Assembly (NCBI RefSeq): GCF_004010195.1
Contig: NC_057718.1
Coordinates: 15,120,809 to 15,184,808, forward strand
Reading direction: 5' to 3'
Length of the DNA stretch: 64,000 nucleotides
Origin: Chiloscyllium plagiosum
Taxonomy: Eukaryota
Shown: positions 12,770 through 25,490 of the stretch, in pieces
How positions within the stretch are numbered: position 1 is the first letter of the stretch
Layout: every line of letters starts with the position of its first letter
Program-made: the position numbers and the translations under genes
Notes under the pieces: model-generated
What the model saw: only the letters and a program-made list of their open reading frames with translations
Databases searched by the model: none
Told to the model about the DNA's origin: nothing

Positions 12770-13160
12770 TTTATTTTTTCATTGGATATTGGTGTCGTGG
12801 GCAACACTGATATTAGTAGCCTATCTATAATTGCCTTGCAATGAGTGCTTGCTGGGCTATTTCAGAAGACAGTCAGGAGTAAACCAAATTATTGTGGGTC
12901 TGGAGTGACATGCAGGCTAGACCAGGTAAGGGCAGCAGATTTCCTTCCCCAAAGACCATTTATGAATCTGATGGATTTTTATAACCAACAATGGGTCAGA
13001 ACAACTAGAGTTTCATGGTCACTATTACTACTTGTTTTCAATTTCAAAACTTTCCTAACTTTTAGTAACTTACTGAATTAAAATTCCATCAGCTGCAGAA
13101 TGTGTCCCAGACCATTAGCCTGGGCTTCTCAACTAGTCATCCAGTGATATCATCACAACA
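12770..13160 (-). mobile_element. Old tRNA-derived SINE; related copies at ~17320-17410, 21245-21510, 34625-34810, 46675-47015 and 50370-50490
   Basis: Recurring block gtgggtctggagtcacatg..agaccagg..agatttccttccc.aaag.acattagtgaaccagatgg; 3' tail resembles the LINE end near 33750. Confidence 0.65.
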
Positions 13161-14047
13161 TCTTTTCTTCTTTCTTGAAAACCTATTGATCTCAATCTTG
13201 AGTATACCCTATAACCAAGCACCTGTTACTCTCTGTTAGGGTAGACTATTCAAAAGGTTCACAATACTTAAGGCAGTACAAACATTTAGTAATATTATAC
13301 ATAGCCAGGTGAATCCCACACAGTCATTATCCTCTCTGAGTAGTTTCTGTAAGAACGCAGAGGCAGGTCAGTAGGATCGAGATACACATCAGCCATTATC
13401 TAAATGAATAATACAGCAGGCTTGAGAGGCTGAATGGCCTTCTCCTGCTTCTATGCAATTTTAAATTCTTGAGACATTGCGCTAATAATTCAGTAACATA
13501 GACCATCGAACTGGATACACTGCAACTTGTCACCCAAACTGACAGCATGGAAATGAAGAAAACAAGAATGCTAAAAAAAATACTTTTATTGTACACCATC
13601 TTTCTGAATTTAAGACCATCTCCAGATGACAAGCCAAACTCACGCTTTCAACACACACTCTACACATCCAGCTGAACCTCTGACAGACTGTGATTCCAGA
13701 AAATGCAAAATGTTCCATTTATAATAGGGGTGTGGGAGATGAAGACTAAACGAGACAGATGGTATGGTGAAATGATAGTTCTCTATCAAAATAAACTGTC
13801 TAAAGGGTATGAGACAGCTTTTACATTTACTGGAAACAAAGCAAGCTATATGGCTTATCCAGGCAGCCTGACATTTTCTGAGCTGTGTCAGTTTTTATGT
13901 TTTAAATACAATTCCATAAACTTTCTCCATATTTCTCAATCTCCTTTCATAAGTAGCAAATCTAAAATGATCCCTTCCCAAGTTGTATGTTCCATATTCC
14001 CACACTTGTATTCATTGACAGTATTCCACGGATTTTCTTTTCATCTT

Positions 14048-14168
14048 TGGAGGGATATGGGCCGGGTGCTGGCAGGTGGGACTAGATTGGGTTGGGATAT
14101 CTGGTCGGCATGGACGGGTTGGACCGAAGGGTCTGTTTCCATGCTGTACATCTCTATAACTCTATAAC
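14048..14168 (+). mobile_element. CR1 3'UTR fragment
   Basis: ggaccgaagggtctgtttccatgctgtacatctctataactctata, same tail as 18850-18893. Confidence 0.85.
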
Positions 14169-14924
14169 CTGCACAAACTCCTGTCTAGCCATCGCCTCTA
14201 CTCCCATTGAGCTACACTAGTGCCCCGACCAAAAGTGCTTGCATATTAAAATTCCTATTCTGCAAGGATTTCTGAAATGCCGGCCTCCTGATTTAATTTG
14301 CTCTACCATTGGTCATCACACTTTCAGCTAATACATCCCACATAAATGCAACATCCCACCAACTACCCCACCCCACCCCTCACCACGCCAATCTCTCAAT
14401 GTCTGACCCCTCCTTTAAGATGATCCTTAAAACCCGAGGCAAATTGGAATCTCTGTACAATTCCATACTCTCCAGTTCATTCAGGGAGTTCAGTTGCTCT
14501 AGCAACTTGCACTTTTACATGCATGTTCCAGTCTGGAGTTACAGTGCTGTAGTAGAGACTCCAAATGCCTTTCCATCACATGGCTGACTAGAGATCTGTC
14601 CCACTCTTTCCACCCGCCATTGGCATGTTGCAGAATTTGCCAGTTGAACATTTTTTTCCTTGACCAACATGCTCTGAAGTGGGACTTGAACCCAGACTTT
14701 CTTGCACAAAGATACAAATGCTACACAACAGACTTCTTGATTTATTCTTTGCTAGTTTTTAAACAGAATAGTTTGAATGTTTCTTTCCAACGATTGGCAT
14801 TTTTTTCACTTAGAAACTTATAACCCACAATGCAACTGAGGTTAAAACCAGCAGCAGCCCACATACCACCTTTCATGATGCTTAATTGAATGTGAAATCT
14901 GCAGAAGGTGACTACACTTGTTGA

Positions 14925-15012
14925 ATCTGATGAAGAAGCAGCGCTCCGAAAGCTAGTGCTTCCAATCAAACTTGTTGGACTATAACCTGGTGTTGTGTGA
15001 TTTTTAACTTTG
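14925..15012 (+). mobile_element. Solo PLE family-B terminal repeat with hammerhead core
   Basis: ctgatgaagaagcagcgctccgaaagcta; TSD ttgttgaatctg at 14918-14929 and 15010-15021. Confidence 0.85.
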
Positions 15013-15672
15013 TTGAATCTGTTTGCGATTAATTTTTACAGGTTAAACCTAACTTTCTATTCACTCTTTGACTATTCCAATTGGATTTCTGATAAGTTGT
15101 GTATTTAAGCCCAAAATTCCCTTGGTTCAACTCTTTTCCCCACTAGCTCTAGCTTGACATTCAGACTTTCTTTCCAGCAACTGATAATGTCTGAAGTGTA
15201 CAAATTGGCCCGGTGAGCATGAAGTAACAAACGAAGATCTGAACTGGTGCATATCCTCACACTATGTTGCATTTCATTATTATCTGCAACTGTTCCACCA
15301 ACTCACTTCACCCAAGAGTTTTGTGTAATTTTCTGCTCTATTTTCTGCACCTCTCACCTTACTACCACATTTACATTTGAAAAAATTTTCTCTGTTCCCA
15401 ACATTCTAGCAGTTCATTTATAGCAAGTGAAAAGATGGCAAAATGTTCCTTGATTTTAAATCAGTCAGCCCCACAAGGAAAGGAGAACAATCATGACAGC
15501 TGTGTGAGGAATACTGGATTGGAGTGAGGTTTTGTTGTAGTTGTTAATACAACCTCAAAATAAAAACAAGTATGGCACCCAGGCTTCTTTAGTGTGCAAC
15601 TTAACACAAAAATGTTTGTTTAACAGCAGATTTCTCCTTTATGAATGACAAAAACATGGCCAGAACATCTTG

Positions 15673-15865
15673 ACTTGGAGACACCGGTGTTGGACTGGGG
15701 TGTACAAAGTTAAAAATCACAACGCCAGGTTATAGTTCACCAGGCTTATTTGGAAGCACTAGCTTTCGGAGCGCTGCTCCTTCATCAGATGGTGTGGAAT
15801 ATAAGATTCTCTCCAGCCATCTGATGAAGGAGCAGTGCTCCGAAAGCTAGTGCTTCCAAATAAAG
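15673..15865. mobile_element. Inverted dimer of PLE family-B repeat with two intact hammerhead cores (minus 15757-15791, plus 15818-15852)
   Basis: Both read cat-CTGATGA-a-ggagc-nnn-gctcc-GAAA-gcTA-gtg; TSD catcttg at 15666-15672 and 15866-15872. Confidence 0.88.
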
Positions 15866-15926
15866 CATCTTGGTGCTTCAAATAGCCTATGGTCAAGACA
15901 TTAGCTGCTGAATTGTGGGATTGATT

Positions 15927-16117
15927 AGTCAAAAATCACATGACACCAGATTATAGTCAATTGGTTTATTTGAAAACACTAGCTTTTGGAGTGCTGGTGC
16001 CTGCTGAAGGAGCAGCACTCCGAGAGCTAATATTTTCAAATAAACCGTTGGACTATACCTGGTGTCGTGTGACTTTTGACCTTGTCCAACCCAGTTCAAC
16101 ACGGCACCTCCACATCA
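15927..16117. mobile_element. Older inverted dimer of PLE family-B repeat
   Basis: Minus arm aaaaatcacatgacaccag...ctagctttt, then plus arm cctgctgaaggagcagcactccgagagcta...cctccacatc. Confidence 0.75.
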
Positions 16118-17094
16118 CAGTTAAACATAAAATAATTTATACTGTTACAGCATCTAGAGAGACATACAGATTCACTGTCAGCCTTCCCACCTATGCCCAA
16201 TATGAATATGTATTCACTACGGAGCTGGGGGAAGGGGAAATAAAGATTCATTTTATAATGGTAGATGAATTAAATTCTATCAAGCTATTTTTTTTAAAAA
16301 ATCTGATGGTGCAAATGATCACTTCCATCATGGAACCACTGACATCATTTGACAGCCTTGTGAATGCATGTTGAAGTTCAGTCAGTTAGCACGTGAATGT
16401 AGGACTGTGATTAAATTACCAGTTTGTGTGTGAAATGGTACACAAACACATTACCCTGGAGACTGCCTAATCAGGCCAGCAATTTAGTCAGGTGTCGACT
16501 GACTACTGATGTGCATTCTTTTAAAAACCTTGTTCCCTATGACTACGGATACCCATTTTTGTTTCAAATTAAAACTGAATCGCATGTAATTTATCCCAGA
16601 TGTTTCCAGGTCACATCAGAAAATGGTTTGCTTTATGTAGTAAACAGCAGCAGTGGCTATTAACCAAAACACAGAAATGAGAGAGAACAGAGTTTTAATT
16701 AAACCCTTCAGACCACTGAAGTACTTCATTCTTATTACCACTTATTTTCTCTTGTGAAACAGATTTTCATTTAGGTCTCCTGCATTTCTTTTTTTTAAAT
16801 GTCTGGCTTTGCAAAAATTGAAGGAGCTGGAGGGGAGATGAGGAGACTATTTTCATTGCAGCAAACTATCATGCTCCAGAACAAGCTGCAGGATTGGGGA
16901 GTGGAAGCAGATTCTATAGTAACCTTCAAAAATAACTAGATAAATAATTTACAAAGGAAAACGTATAAGATGTTGAGAAAATAATTGGGGGAACTGGACA
17001 TCTAAGAAATGGTATAGGACCAATGTACCAAATGTCCTTCACTGGTTACTGGAAAACACCCAATTTGAACAATCTGTTTTTCTTTTATATTCTC

Positions 17095-17312
17095 ATGGTG
17101 TGAGTATGTGTGTGTCTGTGTCCATCGGTGTGTCTGTCTGTACGTGTGTGTGCGTGTGCATGTGTAATTCTTTGCATGTGTGTACGTATGTATATGTGTG
17201 TGTGTACATGCGTGTACATGACTGCACACGTGTGTGCCTATGAGTATGTGTATGCATGTGTGCGTGTGCGTGTGTGCATACATGTGTATATTTACGTATG
17301 ACTGTGTCTGTG
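17095..17312. repeat. Degenerate (TG/TA/CG) purine-pyrimidine microsatellite
   Basis: gtgtgtgcgtgtgcatgtgt-type alternation over ~200 bp. Confidence 0.9.
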
Positions 17313-17439
17313 GCAAGACCACAGTTGTCACTCATCCTGAATTGAACCTGGAACTAAGGGGCTTGTTCAAGCTATGTTAAATAGCAGTTAAGAGTCAATC
17401 ACATTGCTGTGCATTATGTCATGTCTCATGGTCAGTGTA

Positions 17440-18893
17440 TCTTCCAGAGATATACTGAGGGACATCCTGAGGGACAGGATGTACATGTATTTGGAAAGGC
17501 AAGGACTGATGAGGGATAGTCAACATGGCTTTGTGTGTGAGAAATCATGTCTCACAAACTTGATTGAGTTTTTTGAAGTAACAAAAAGGATTGATGAGGG
17601 CAGAGCAGTGGATGTGATCTATATGGACTTCAGTAAGTCGTTTGACAAGGTTCCCCATAGGAGACCGGTGAGCAAGGTTAGATCTCATGGAATACAAGGA
17701 GGACTAGCCATTTGGATACAGAATTGGCTCAAAGGTAGAAGACAGAGGGTGGAGGTGGAGTGTTGTTTTTCAGACTGGAGGCCTGTGACCAATGGAGTGC
17801 CACAAAGATCACTGCGGGGTCCACTACTTTTTACCATTTATATAAATGATTTGGATGCAAGCATAAGAGGTACAGTTAGTAAGTTTGCTGATGACACTAA
17901 AATTGGCGGTGTAGTGGACAGCGAAGAAGGTTATCTCAGATTACAACAGGATCTTGATCAGATGGGCCAATGGGCTGAGAAGTGGCAGATGGATTTAATT
18001 TAGATAAATGCGAGGTGCTGCATTTTGGGAAAGCAAATCTTAGCAGGACTTATACACTTAATGGTAAGGTCCTCGGGAGTGTGGCTGAACAAAGAGACCT
18101 TGGAGTGCAGGTTCATAGCTCCTTGAAAGTGGAGTCGCAGTTAGATAGGATAGTGAAGAAGGTATGCTTTCCTTTATTGGTCAGAGTATTGAGTACAGTT
18201 GTTGAAAGGTCATGTTGCAGCTGTACAGGACATTGGTTAGGCCACTTTTGGAATACCGTGTGCAATTCTGGTCTCCTTCCTATGGAAATATGTTGTGAAA
18301 CTTGAAAGGGTTCAGAAAAGATTTGCAAGGATGTTGCCGGGGTTGGAGAATTTGAGCTATAGGGAGAGGTCAAACAGGCTAGGGCTGTTTTCTCTGGAGT
18401 GGGAGGGGGAGTTGAAGTGTTGAGCCACTGGGTGGTTGGGTTGGTTGGTTCGGGTGTCCCAGAAGTGTTCTCTGAAATGTTCCGGTCCTACTCTGGAGTG
18501 TCAGAGGCTGAGGGGTGACCTTATAGAGGTTTACAAAATCATGAGGGGCATGGATAGGATAAATAGACAAAGTCTTTTCCCTGGGGTGGGGGAGTCCAGA
18601 ACTAGAGGGCATAGGTTTAGGGTGAGAGGGGAAAGATATAAAAGAGACCTAAGGGGCAACTTTTTCACTCAGAAGGTGGTATATATACGGAATGAGTTGC
18701 CAGAGGAAGTGGTAGAGGCTGGTACAATTGCAACATTTAAAAGGCACCTGGATGGGTATATGAATAGGAAGGGTTTGGAGGGATATAGGCCAGGTGCTGG
18801 CAGGTGGGATTAGATTGGGTTAGGATATCTGGTCAGCATGGACAAGTTGGACTGAAGGGTCTGTTTCCATGCTATACATCTCTATGACTCTAT
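17440..18893 (+). mobile_element. 5'-truncated, fairly young CR1-clade LINE (RT to 3' tail)
   Basis: QHGF, DFSKSFDKV, GVPQ, YINDL, KFADDTK, RGDLIEVYKI, FFTQKVV; a few frameshifts. Confidence 0.93.
18402..18490 (-). mobile_element. Internal PLE GIY-YIG fragment inserted in CR1
   Basis: Reverse reads EHFREHFWDTRTNQPNHPVAQHFNSPSH, homologous to 6537-6620; TSD ctctggagtg at 18392-18401 and 18491-18500. Confidence 0.85.
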
Positions 18894-18942
18894 ATGTTGA
18901 TGTCATCATCACTTTATCATACAATGTCACATAAGGGTACTG

Positions 18943-21000
18943 AGATTTGATTTGATTTATTATTGTCACATGTACTGAGATAGAATGGAAAGTACTGTTG
19001 TGTGTGCTATCCAGACAAATCATACCTTACATAAGTACGTTGGGATAATAGAACTGAATGCAGAATATAGTGTTACAGCTATAGAGAAGGTGCAGAGAAA
19101 GATCAACTCTAGTATATAAGAGGTCTGTTCATAAGTCTGATAACAGTGGAAAAGAAGCTGCTCTTGAATCTGTTGGTATGTGTTTTCAAACGTTTGTGTC
19201 TTCTGCCCAATGGAAGAGAGTGGAAGAGAGTATAACAGGGGTGGGAGGGGTCTGTGATTATGTTGGTTGCTTTCCCCATGCAGCAGGAAGGATAGATGGA
19301 GTCAATGGAAGGAAGTCTGGTTTTCATGGCAGACTGGACTGTGTTCACAACTCTGTAATTTCTTGCAGTCTTGGGCAAAGCAGTAGCCATACCAAGCTGT
19401 GAGGCATCTGGACAGGATGCTTTCTATGGTGTATCTATAAAAATTGGTAAGAATCATTGCGAACATGCTGAATTTCCTTAGCCCTTTGAGGAAGTAGAGA
19501 TATCACCATGTTTTCTTGACTGTAATGTCGACCTGGATGGACCAGGATAAATTGACAATAGACAATAGGTGCAGGAGTAGGCCATTCTGCCCTTCGAGCC
19601 TGCACCATTCAATATGATCATGGCTGATCATTCCTAATCAGTAAACTCTTCCTGCCTCATCTCCATAACCCTTGATTCCACTATCTTTGAGAGCTCTATC
19701 CAACTCTTTCTTAAATGAATCCAGAGACTGGGCCTCCACTGCCCTCTGGGGCAGAGCATTCCACACAGCCACCACTCTCTGGGTGAAGAAGTTTCTCCTC
19801 ATCTCTGTCCTAAATGGTCTACCCCGTATTTAAGCTGTGTCCTCTGGTTCGGCACTCACCCATCAGCGGAAACATGTTTCCTGCTGCCAGAGTGTCCAAT
19901 CCTTTCATAATCTTATATGTCTCAATCAGATCCCCTCTCAGTCTTCTAAACTCAAGGGTATACACCAATTGTTGGTGATATTTATTCCTAGGAACTTGAA
20001 GCCCTCGACCACCTCCACCTCAGCACCATTGACACAGATGGGGGTGTCCTCCACTTCACTTCCTGAAGTCAATGACCAGCTCCTGATAAAGATTGCTGTC
20101 TTTACACCATGCCACAAAGCTCTCTATCTCTTTCCTGTACACTGTTTCATTGTTGTTTAAGATCTGACCCATTACGGGGGTGTCATCAGTAAATTTGTAA
20201 GTGGCTGAATTCGGCCACAGTCCTGAATATATAAGGAGCATTCTAAGGGGCTGAGTACGCAGCCTCGAGGGGCCCTGGTATTGAGGATTGTGGAGGAGGT
20301 GTTGTCACAAATTCTTACTGATTGCAGTCTATGGGTCAGGAAATCAAGGATCCAGTTGCAGATGGATGAGCAGAGTTCTAGATCTCCCAGTTTGGAGGCG
20401 AATTTGGTTGGAAATATGGTACTGAAGGCAGAGCTAAGGTCAATAAATAGAATTTTGACATAGGTGTCCTTGTTATCCAGATGTTTCAGGGATGAATGTA
20501 GGGCCAGGGAGATGGCGTCTGCCTTGGATTTATTGTGACAGTAGCAGATTGCAGTGGATCAAGGCAGGCTGGAGTTGATGTGTACCATTATTAACCTCTC
20601 AAAACACTTCAAAATGATGAATGTCAGAGCCACCAGGCAGTAGTCATTAAGACTCATTGCCTGATTTTTCATTGGCACCAAAATGTTAGTGCTCTTCTTG
20701 AAACAGGTGGGAACCTCACATCGCAGTAAGAAGAGGTTAAGGATGTCAGCGAATACTCCCATCAGCTGGTCCACACAGGATCTGAGTGCAAGGCCGGGAT
20801 TCCATCCAGGCCAGTCGATTTCAAAGGGTTCACTCTCAAGACGACCAATCTAACGTCTGTGGCAGTAACTTAGGGTACAAGGGCTGTTGTGGCAGGTGAC
20901 ATCATTTCACTGACCTTCTGGTGATAACGAGCAGAAAATGCATTGAGCTCACAAGGGACGGATGCATTGTTGTCAGTGATCCTACTCAACTTTGCTTTGT
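18943..21000 (-). mobile_element. Rex1/Babar-clade LINE, decayed and split by a CR1 fragment
   Basis: VPTCFKKS..VP..LNDYCLVALT..LKCFERL; YKFTDDT..G.I.NNNE..YR.EI; IITDPSHP; tail gtgacaataataaatcaaatc. Confidence 0.85.
19554..19966 (-). mobile_element. Young CR1 3' fragment nested in Rex1/Babar; same subfamily as 53195-53925
   Basis: gacaatagacaataggtgcagg tail; reverse of RRNFFTQRVV; aattg on both sides. Confidence 0.88.
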
Positions 21001-21904
21001 AGCCATGCTCTACCTCAAAGTTAGATCACTCTATGGAAAACATGTTCCTCTCTGATATAAACACTTACTGTTAGCCAAAATACCACTGTGCTTAAGGAAT
21101 GCAATGTCTGGCCACAATAGATACTTGCAATTAAATGCAAATCAACCCCACAATATGCACACCCTGTTCCTTTGTTACAGGAGATAGCTGAATTAATGCT
21201 GAGTGAGTCAGGTAAAACCCCCTTTTGGAATGAAACTCACCCCAACGTCAGAGGGCAGTTAAGTGTTCAGCACATTGCTGTGGATCTGGAGTCACATTAT
21301 AACCAGGATTGGGTGAAGATGGTTGATTTCCTGCCCTAAAAAGGACATTAGTGAACCAGATGGATTTTTATTAAAATCGATGATTGTTTTGTAGTCACCA
21401 TTAAAGAGGCTAGCTTTAAATTCCAGATTCTCATTAATTAAATTTTTATGTTCCACCAGCTGCCGTGGTTGGATTTGAACTCATGGGCCTGGGCCTCTGG
21501 ATGACTGGCCACTGTCTCCCGCTTATGTCACACAATGGGTCAAACATAAAAATATTGATCATCAAAAACAAAATGCTTCAATGTTTCATCCCACACAAGC
21601 GTGGAACTTTGTCTCAGATCCTCAAAGTCCCTTGGCATTGCTGTGGGAGAGAACTGTAAATAAATCCACGCAGACAGTCCTTTCAATAAGATTGTGACTA
21701 ATTTCAGCTCTGGAAGTTCAGACGGGATGGTGCAAGGGATGAGGTAAAGCCTGCCACCTGGTGGTTAAACAGTGACCAGGGTGAGAGGATAGGGTTGTAT
21801 GAGGGAGTGTGAGCCATGTGCTGTGGGCAGTGTGGCTTTACAGCTGTTGTGCCACAACATTACCAGTGAGAGGCGATGTCAGATCACCAACGCTCGTCCA
21901 GACG

Positions 21905-22403
21905 GCAAATAGCCTTGCCAACGTTTATAGGTGCGCCATTGAGAGCATTCTGTCTGGATGTATCACTACCTGGTATGGTAACTGTACCATGCAAGATCAG
22001 AGATGGTTACAGAGAGTGGTGAACTCGGCACGGACAATCACAATCACAAAGACCAACCTCCCAGCTATAGAATCCATCTACCAGGCCCGCTGTCAAGAAA
22101 AGGCCGCCAGCATTCTTAAAGATCCATCCCACCCTGGCAATGCTTTTCTACAACCTCTACCATCGGGGAGAAGGTACAGAAGATGAACACCACACCAGCC
22201 TGTTCGATTCAGTTTCTACCCTACTGTTGTTAGAATATTGAATGGACTCACAAACTCTTAACATTCACCTGTATCTGCGTTTTTGTTTTTGTCGCTATTT
22301 ACCTATTATTTACTTAACTCTGTGATCTGCCTGTATTGCTCGCAAGACAAAGCTTTTCACTGTGCCTCGGTATACGTGACAATAAATTCAATTAAATTCA
22401 ACT
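21905..22403 (+). mobile_element. Rex1/Babar LINE 3' end
   Basis: YRCAIESILSGCITTWYG..LQRVV..ILKDPSHP..LPSGRRYR; tail gtgacaataaattcaattaaattcaa. Confidence 0.88.
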
Positions 22404-24055
22404 CAATGTACAGTTGCCTCCCAAAGATGGCGTGGGGACAAGATATGCTGTTCTTTCAACTGACATCCACTGATTGGCGACTTGCTCATGGAACAGTGTG
22501 TGGTAAAATGGGTGGAAATTTGATGAGAGAGACATAGGAGCGTGGTACATAACTGACGTAATGAGTTTACCAAGATACGGTGAAAAAACTTGCTAAGCCT
22601 CACAATGAAAAACTGTCCAAAAAACTCCACGTAATTCAGTCTTAGCCAAAAGAACATAAGGTATGCGGCATGCTGCACAGAAAAATCAGTTGACTTGCTG
22701 CAATACTCGTAATGTACTTTAAATAAACTAACCCACGTGGTTAATCAATCCCTGATGCGCGATTGATGATTAGACTGTTATCATGAATATGACAAGCTCT
22801 TCATTGCTTGTGTTCGGGGAGGCCCCTTGTTTTCCACTCAAGCAGCTGACAAGCCACCACTGGCTTGCCTTCCCCAAGGATTAGGGACTCATCCAGTCGT
22901 CAAAGTCAGTATGATCTGTCTGTAAAGCCTGTAAGACAATACTTTTCACTGTATCTCGGTACATGTGACAGTAACAAATCAAATCAAATCCTGCCCATCA
23001 ATAGCTGCCAGAAACTAGCAGTCCACTAAAAACCAGTACCACCAGGGAAGTGGTGCTGGCTGATGGGACTACATCACCTGAGGTAGAGTATCATCACTTG
23101 GCCAAAGGTAATGGGTGAGTGATGGCAGGAGGAGAATCATGAAGGAGGAGGGGTCAGCAGCAACTCCACGCTGTGGCTCTCAGGATACCAGTCCCCTCAT
23201 CCTTTCCAATGCTGAATTCCAGGATCAGACACCTAGTACTTCTGAATGAGGATCCACCCCTGCCAGGAGCCCACACATTCAGCTTTCCTGCTCCCAACAA
23301 GGTCATTAATTAAAGGTATTAATTCCTCACCTTTCCCTAAAGTCCTACAAATATTTTCCATCTACGTAATTATCCAATTCTCTTTGGAATCCTGCCTAAC
23401 ACATACAGAAATCCCAGATTCTGAACTATACATTGCAATATAGCTCTTCCTCATGTCTCCACTGATTCTTTTAATAATTAGACTAAATGGTGTCTTCTGG
23501 TTTCTAACCCTTCTACAAATATTTCTCGGAATTTCACCTGTCCACAGTCGTCCTGATTTTGAATACCTTTCCCTTCAGGTGCTTAACAAATTCTTTTCTG
23601 ATTGAATCTGCCGAACAAAACATTTTCTGTGATGTTTTCTTCCGTAAATCAGAGGTCAAGTGATTCTTCTGAAATTTTGAATTCAATACCTTCCCCGCTA
23701 ACTCAAATTCCCTCCATGCTTCTTATATTTTACACGTTATCCAAAAAAAACAAACCTTTTCCAATATCCAAATGTCCCTGCATAGGGTGTCAAAGTTAGG
23801 CAGATAAGGAATCCTGCAATTACTGAAAGACTGCAGTCGCCTTCCTCAAGAAAAGTGGAATCAAGCAACAATTTGGGAAACATTCTCCTTCAATTGTCAA
23901 ATTCCACTCCAATGTTTAGCATAACCTTCTCATCTGTCATTTGCCATAATCAGTATATTGTACACCAGAATGTCTCTCTGTATGAGCCGGATGCTAATTT
24001 CAATTTATAGTCATAGAGTTATGCAACATGGAAACAGACCCTTCAGTCCAACTAG

Positions 24056-24259
24056 GAGAAAGTGAGGACTGCAGATGCTGGAGATCAGAGCTGAAAATGT
24101 GTTGCTGGAAAAGCGCAGCAGGTCAGGCAGCATCCAAGGAGCAGGAGAATCGACGTTTCGGGCAGATTCCTGAAGAAGGGCTCACGCCCAAAACGTCGAT
24201 TCTCCTGCTCCTTGGATGCTGCCTGACCTGCTGCGCTTTTCCAGCAACACATTTTTCAG
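24056..24259. mobile_element. Inverted dimer of PLE family-A repeat
   Basis: Near-identical arms about ~24170; TSD cttcagtccaactag at 24041-24055 and 24260-24274. Confidence 0.92.
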
Positions 24260-24734
24260 CTTCAGTCCAACTAGTCCATGACCATGTTCCCAAGCTGAAC
24301 TAGTCCCACCTGCCTGCATTTAGCCCATATCCCTCCAAATCTTTCCTATTTGTGTACCTGTCCAAATGTCTTTTAAATATTGTAACTGTAACTGCATCCT
24401 CCACTTCCTCTGGCAGTTCAGAGCACACGCAAACTATTCTCTGCATAACAAAGTTGCCATTCATGTCCCTTTTACATCTTCTCTCACCTTAAAAATACAC
24501 CGCCTAGTTTTGAAATCCCCCGCCCTAAGGAAAAGACCCTGGTCATACATCTTATCTATGCCCCTCAACATTTTATAAACCTTATTAAGGTCACCCTTCA
24601 ACCTCCTATATGCTGCAGTGACAAAGTCCCAGTCTTTCCAGTTCATTTTTATATCTCAAACACTCCATTTTCAGCAACATCCTAGTAAATCTTTTCTGAA
24701 TTCTCACCAGTTTAATAATAGTCTTCCTACAGTG

Positions 24735-24825
24735 TAGAAACGTGTGGTGCTGGAAAAGCACAGCAGGTCAGGCAGCATCCATGCACCAGGAGTGTTGATG
24801 TTTCAGGCATATGCTCTTCATCAGG
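24735..24825 (-). mobile_element. Solo PLE family-A repeat
   Basis: gtgctggaaaagcacagcaggtcaggcagcatcc...ctcttcatcagg. Confidence 0.8.
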
Positions 24826-24960
24826 GTGACCGTATCTGTACACAGTTCTCCAGAACAGGCCTCCCCAATGTCCTGTACAAATCCTATACTCAATGAGCGA
24901 CATAAAAATACTAAATAAAATATAAAATCGAGAAATATAAAATTGTCAAATGTTCATCTT

Positions 24961-25019
24961 CGCTGAAAAATGTGTTGCTGGAAAAGCGCAGCAGGTCAGG
25001 CAGCATCCAAGGAGCAGGA
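24961..25019 (-). mobile_element. PLE family-A repeat arm truncated by an assembly gap
   Basis: Matches 24089-24148, then Ns. Confidence 0.85.
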
Positions 25020-25490
25020 NNNNNNNNNNNNNNNNNNNNNNNNNNNNNNNNNNNNNNNNNNNNNNNNNNNNNNNNNNNNNNNNNNNNNNNNNNNNNNNNN
25101 NNNNNNNNNNNNNNNNNNNNNNNNNNNNNNNNNNNNNNNNNNNNNNNNNNNNNNNNNNNNNNNNNNNNNNNNNNNNNNNNNNNNNNNNNNNNNNNNNNNN
25201 NNNNNNNNNNNNNNNNNNNNNNNNNNNNNNNNNNNNNNNNNNNNNNNNNNNNNNNNNNNNNNNNNNNNNNNNNNNNNNNNNNNNNNNNNNNNNNNNNNNN
25301 NNNNNNNNNNNNNNNNNNNNNNNNNNNNNNNNNNNNNNNNNNNNNNNNNNNNNNNNNNNNNNNNNNNNNNNNNNNNNNNNNNNNNNNNNNNNNNNNNNNN
25401 NNNNNNNNNNNNNNNNNNNNNNNNNNNNNNNNNNNNNNNNNNNNNNNNNNNNNNNNNNNNNNNNNNNNNNNNNNNNNNNNNNNNNNNNNN
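25020..25490. other. Assembly gap
   Basis: Run of N. Confidence 1.

Larger units (their letters stand above)
24005..24895 (-). mobile_element. CR1 3' fragment carrying two PLE insertions
   Basis: catagag tail; reverse reads RRLKGDLNKVYKMLRGID. Confidence 0.82.

Noticed and set aside
17002..17335. His/Thr- or Cys/Val-rich ORFs
   Set aside because: Translations of the microsatellite.
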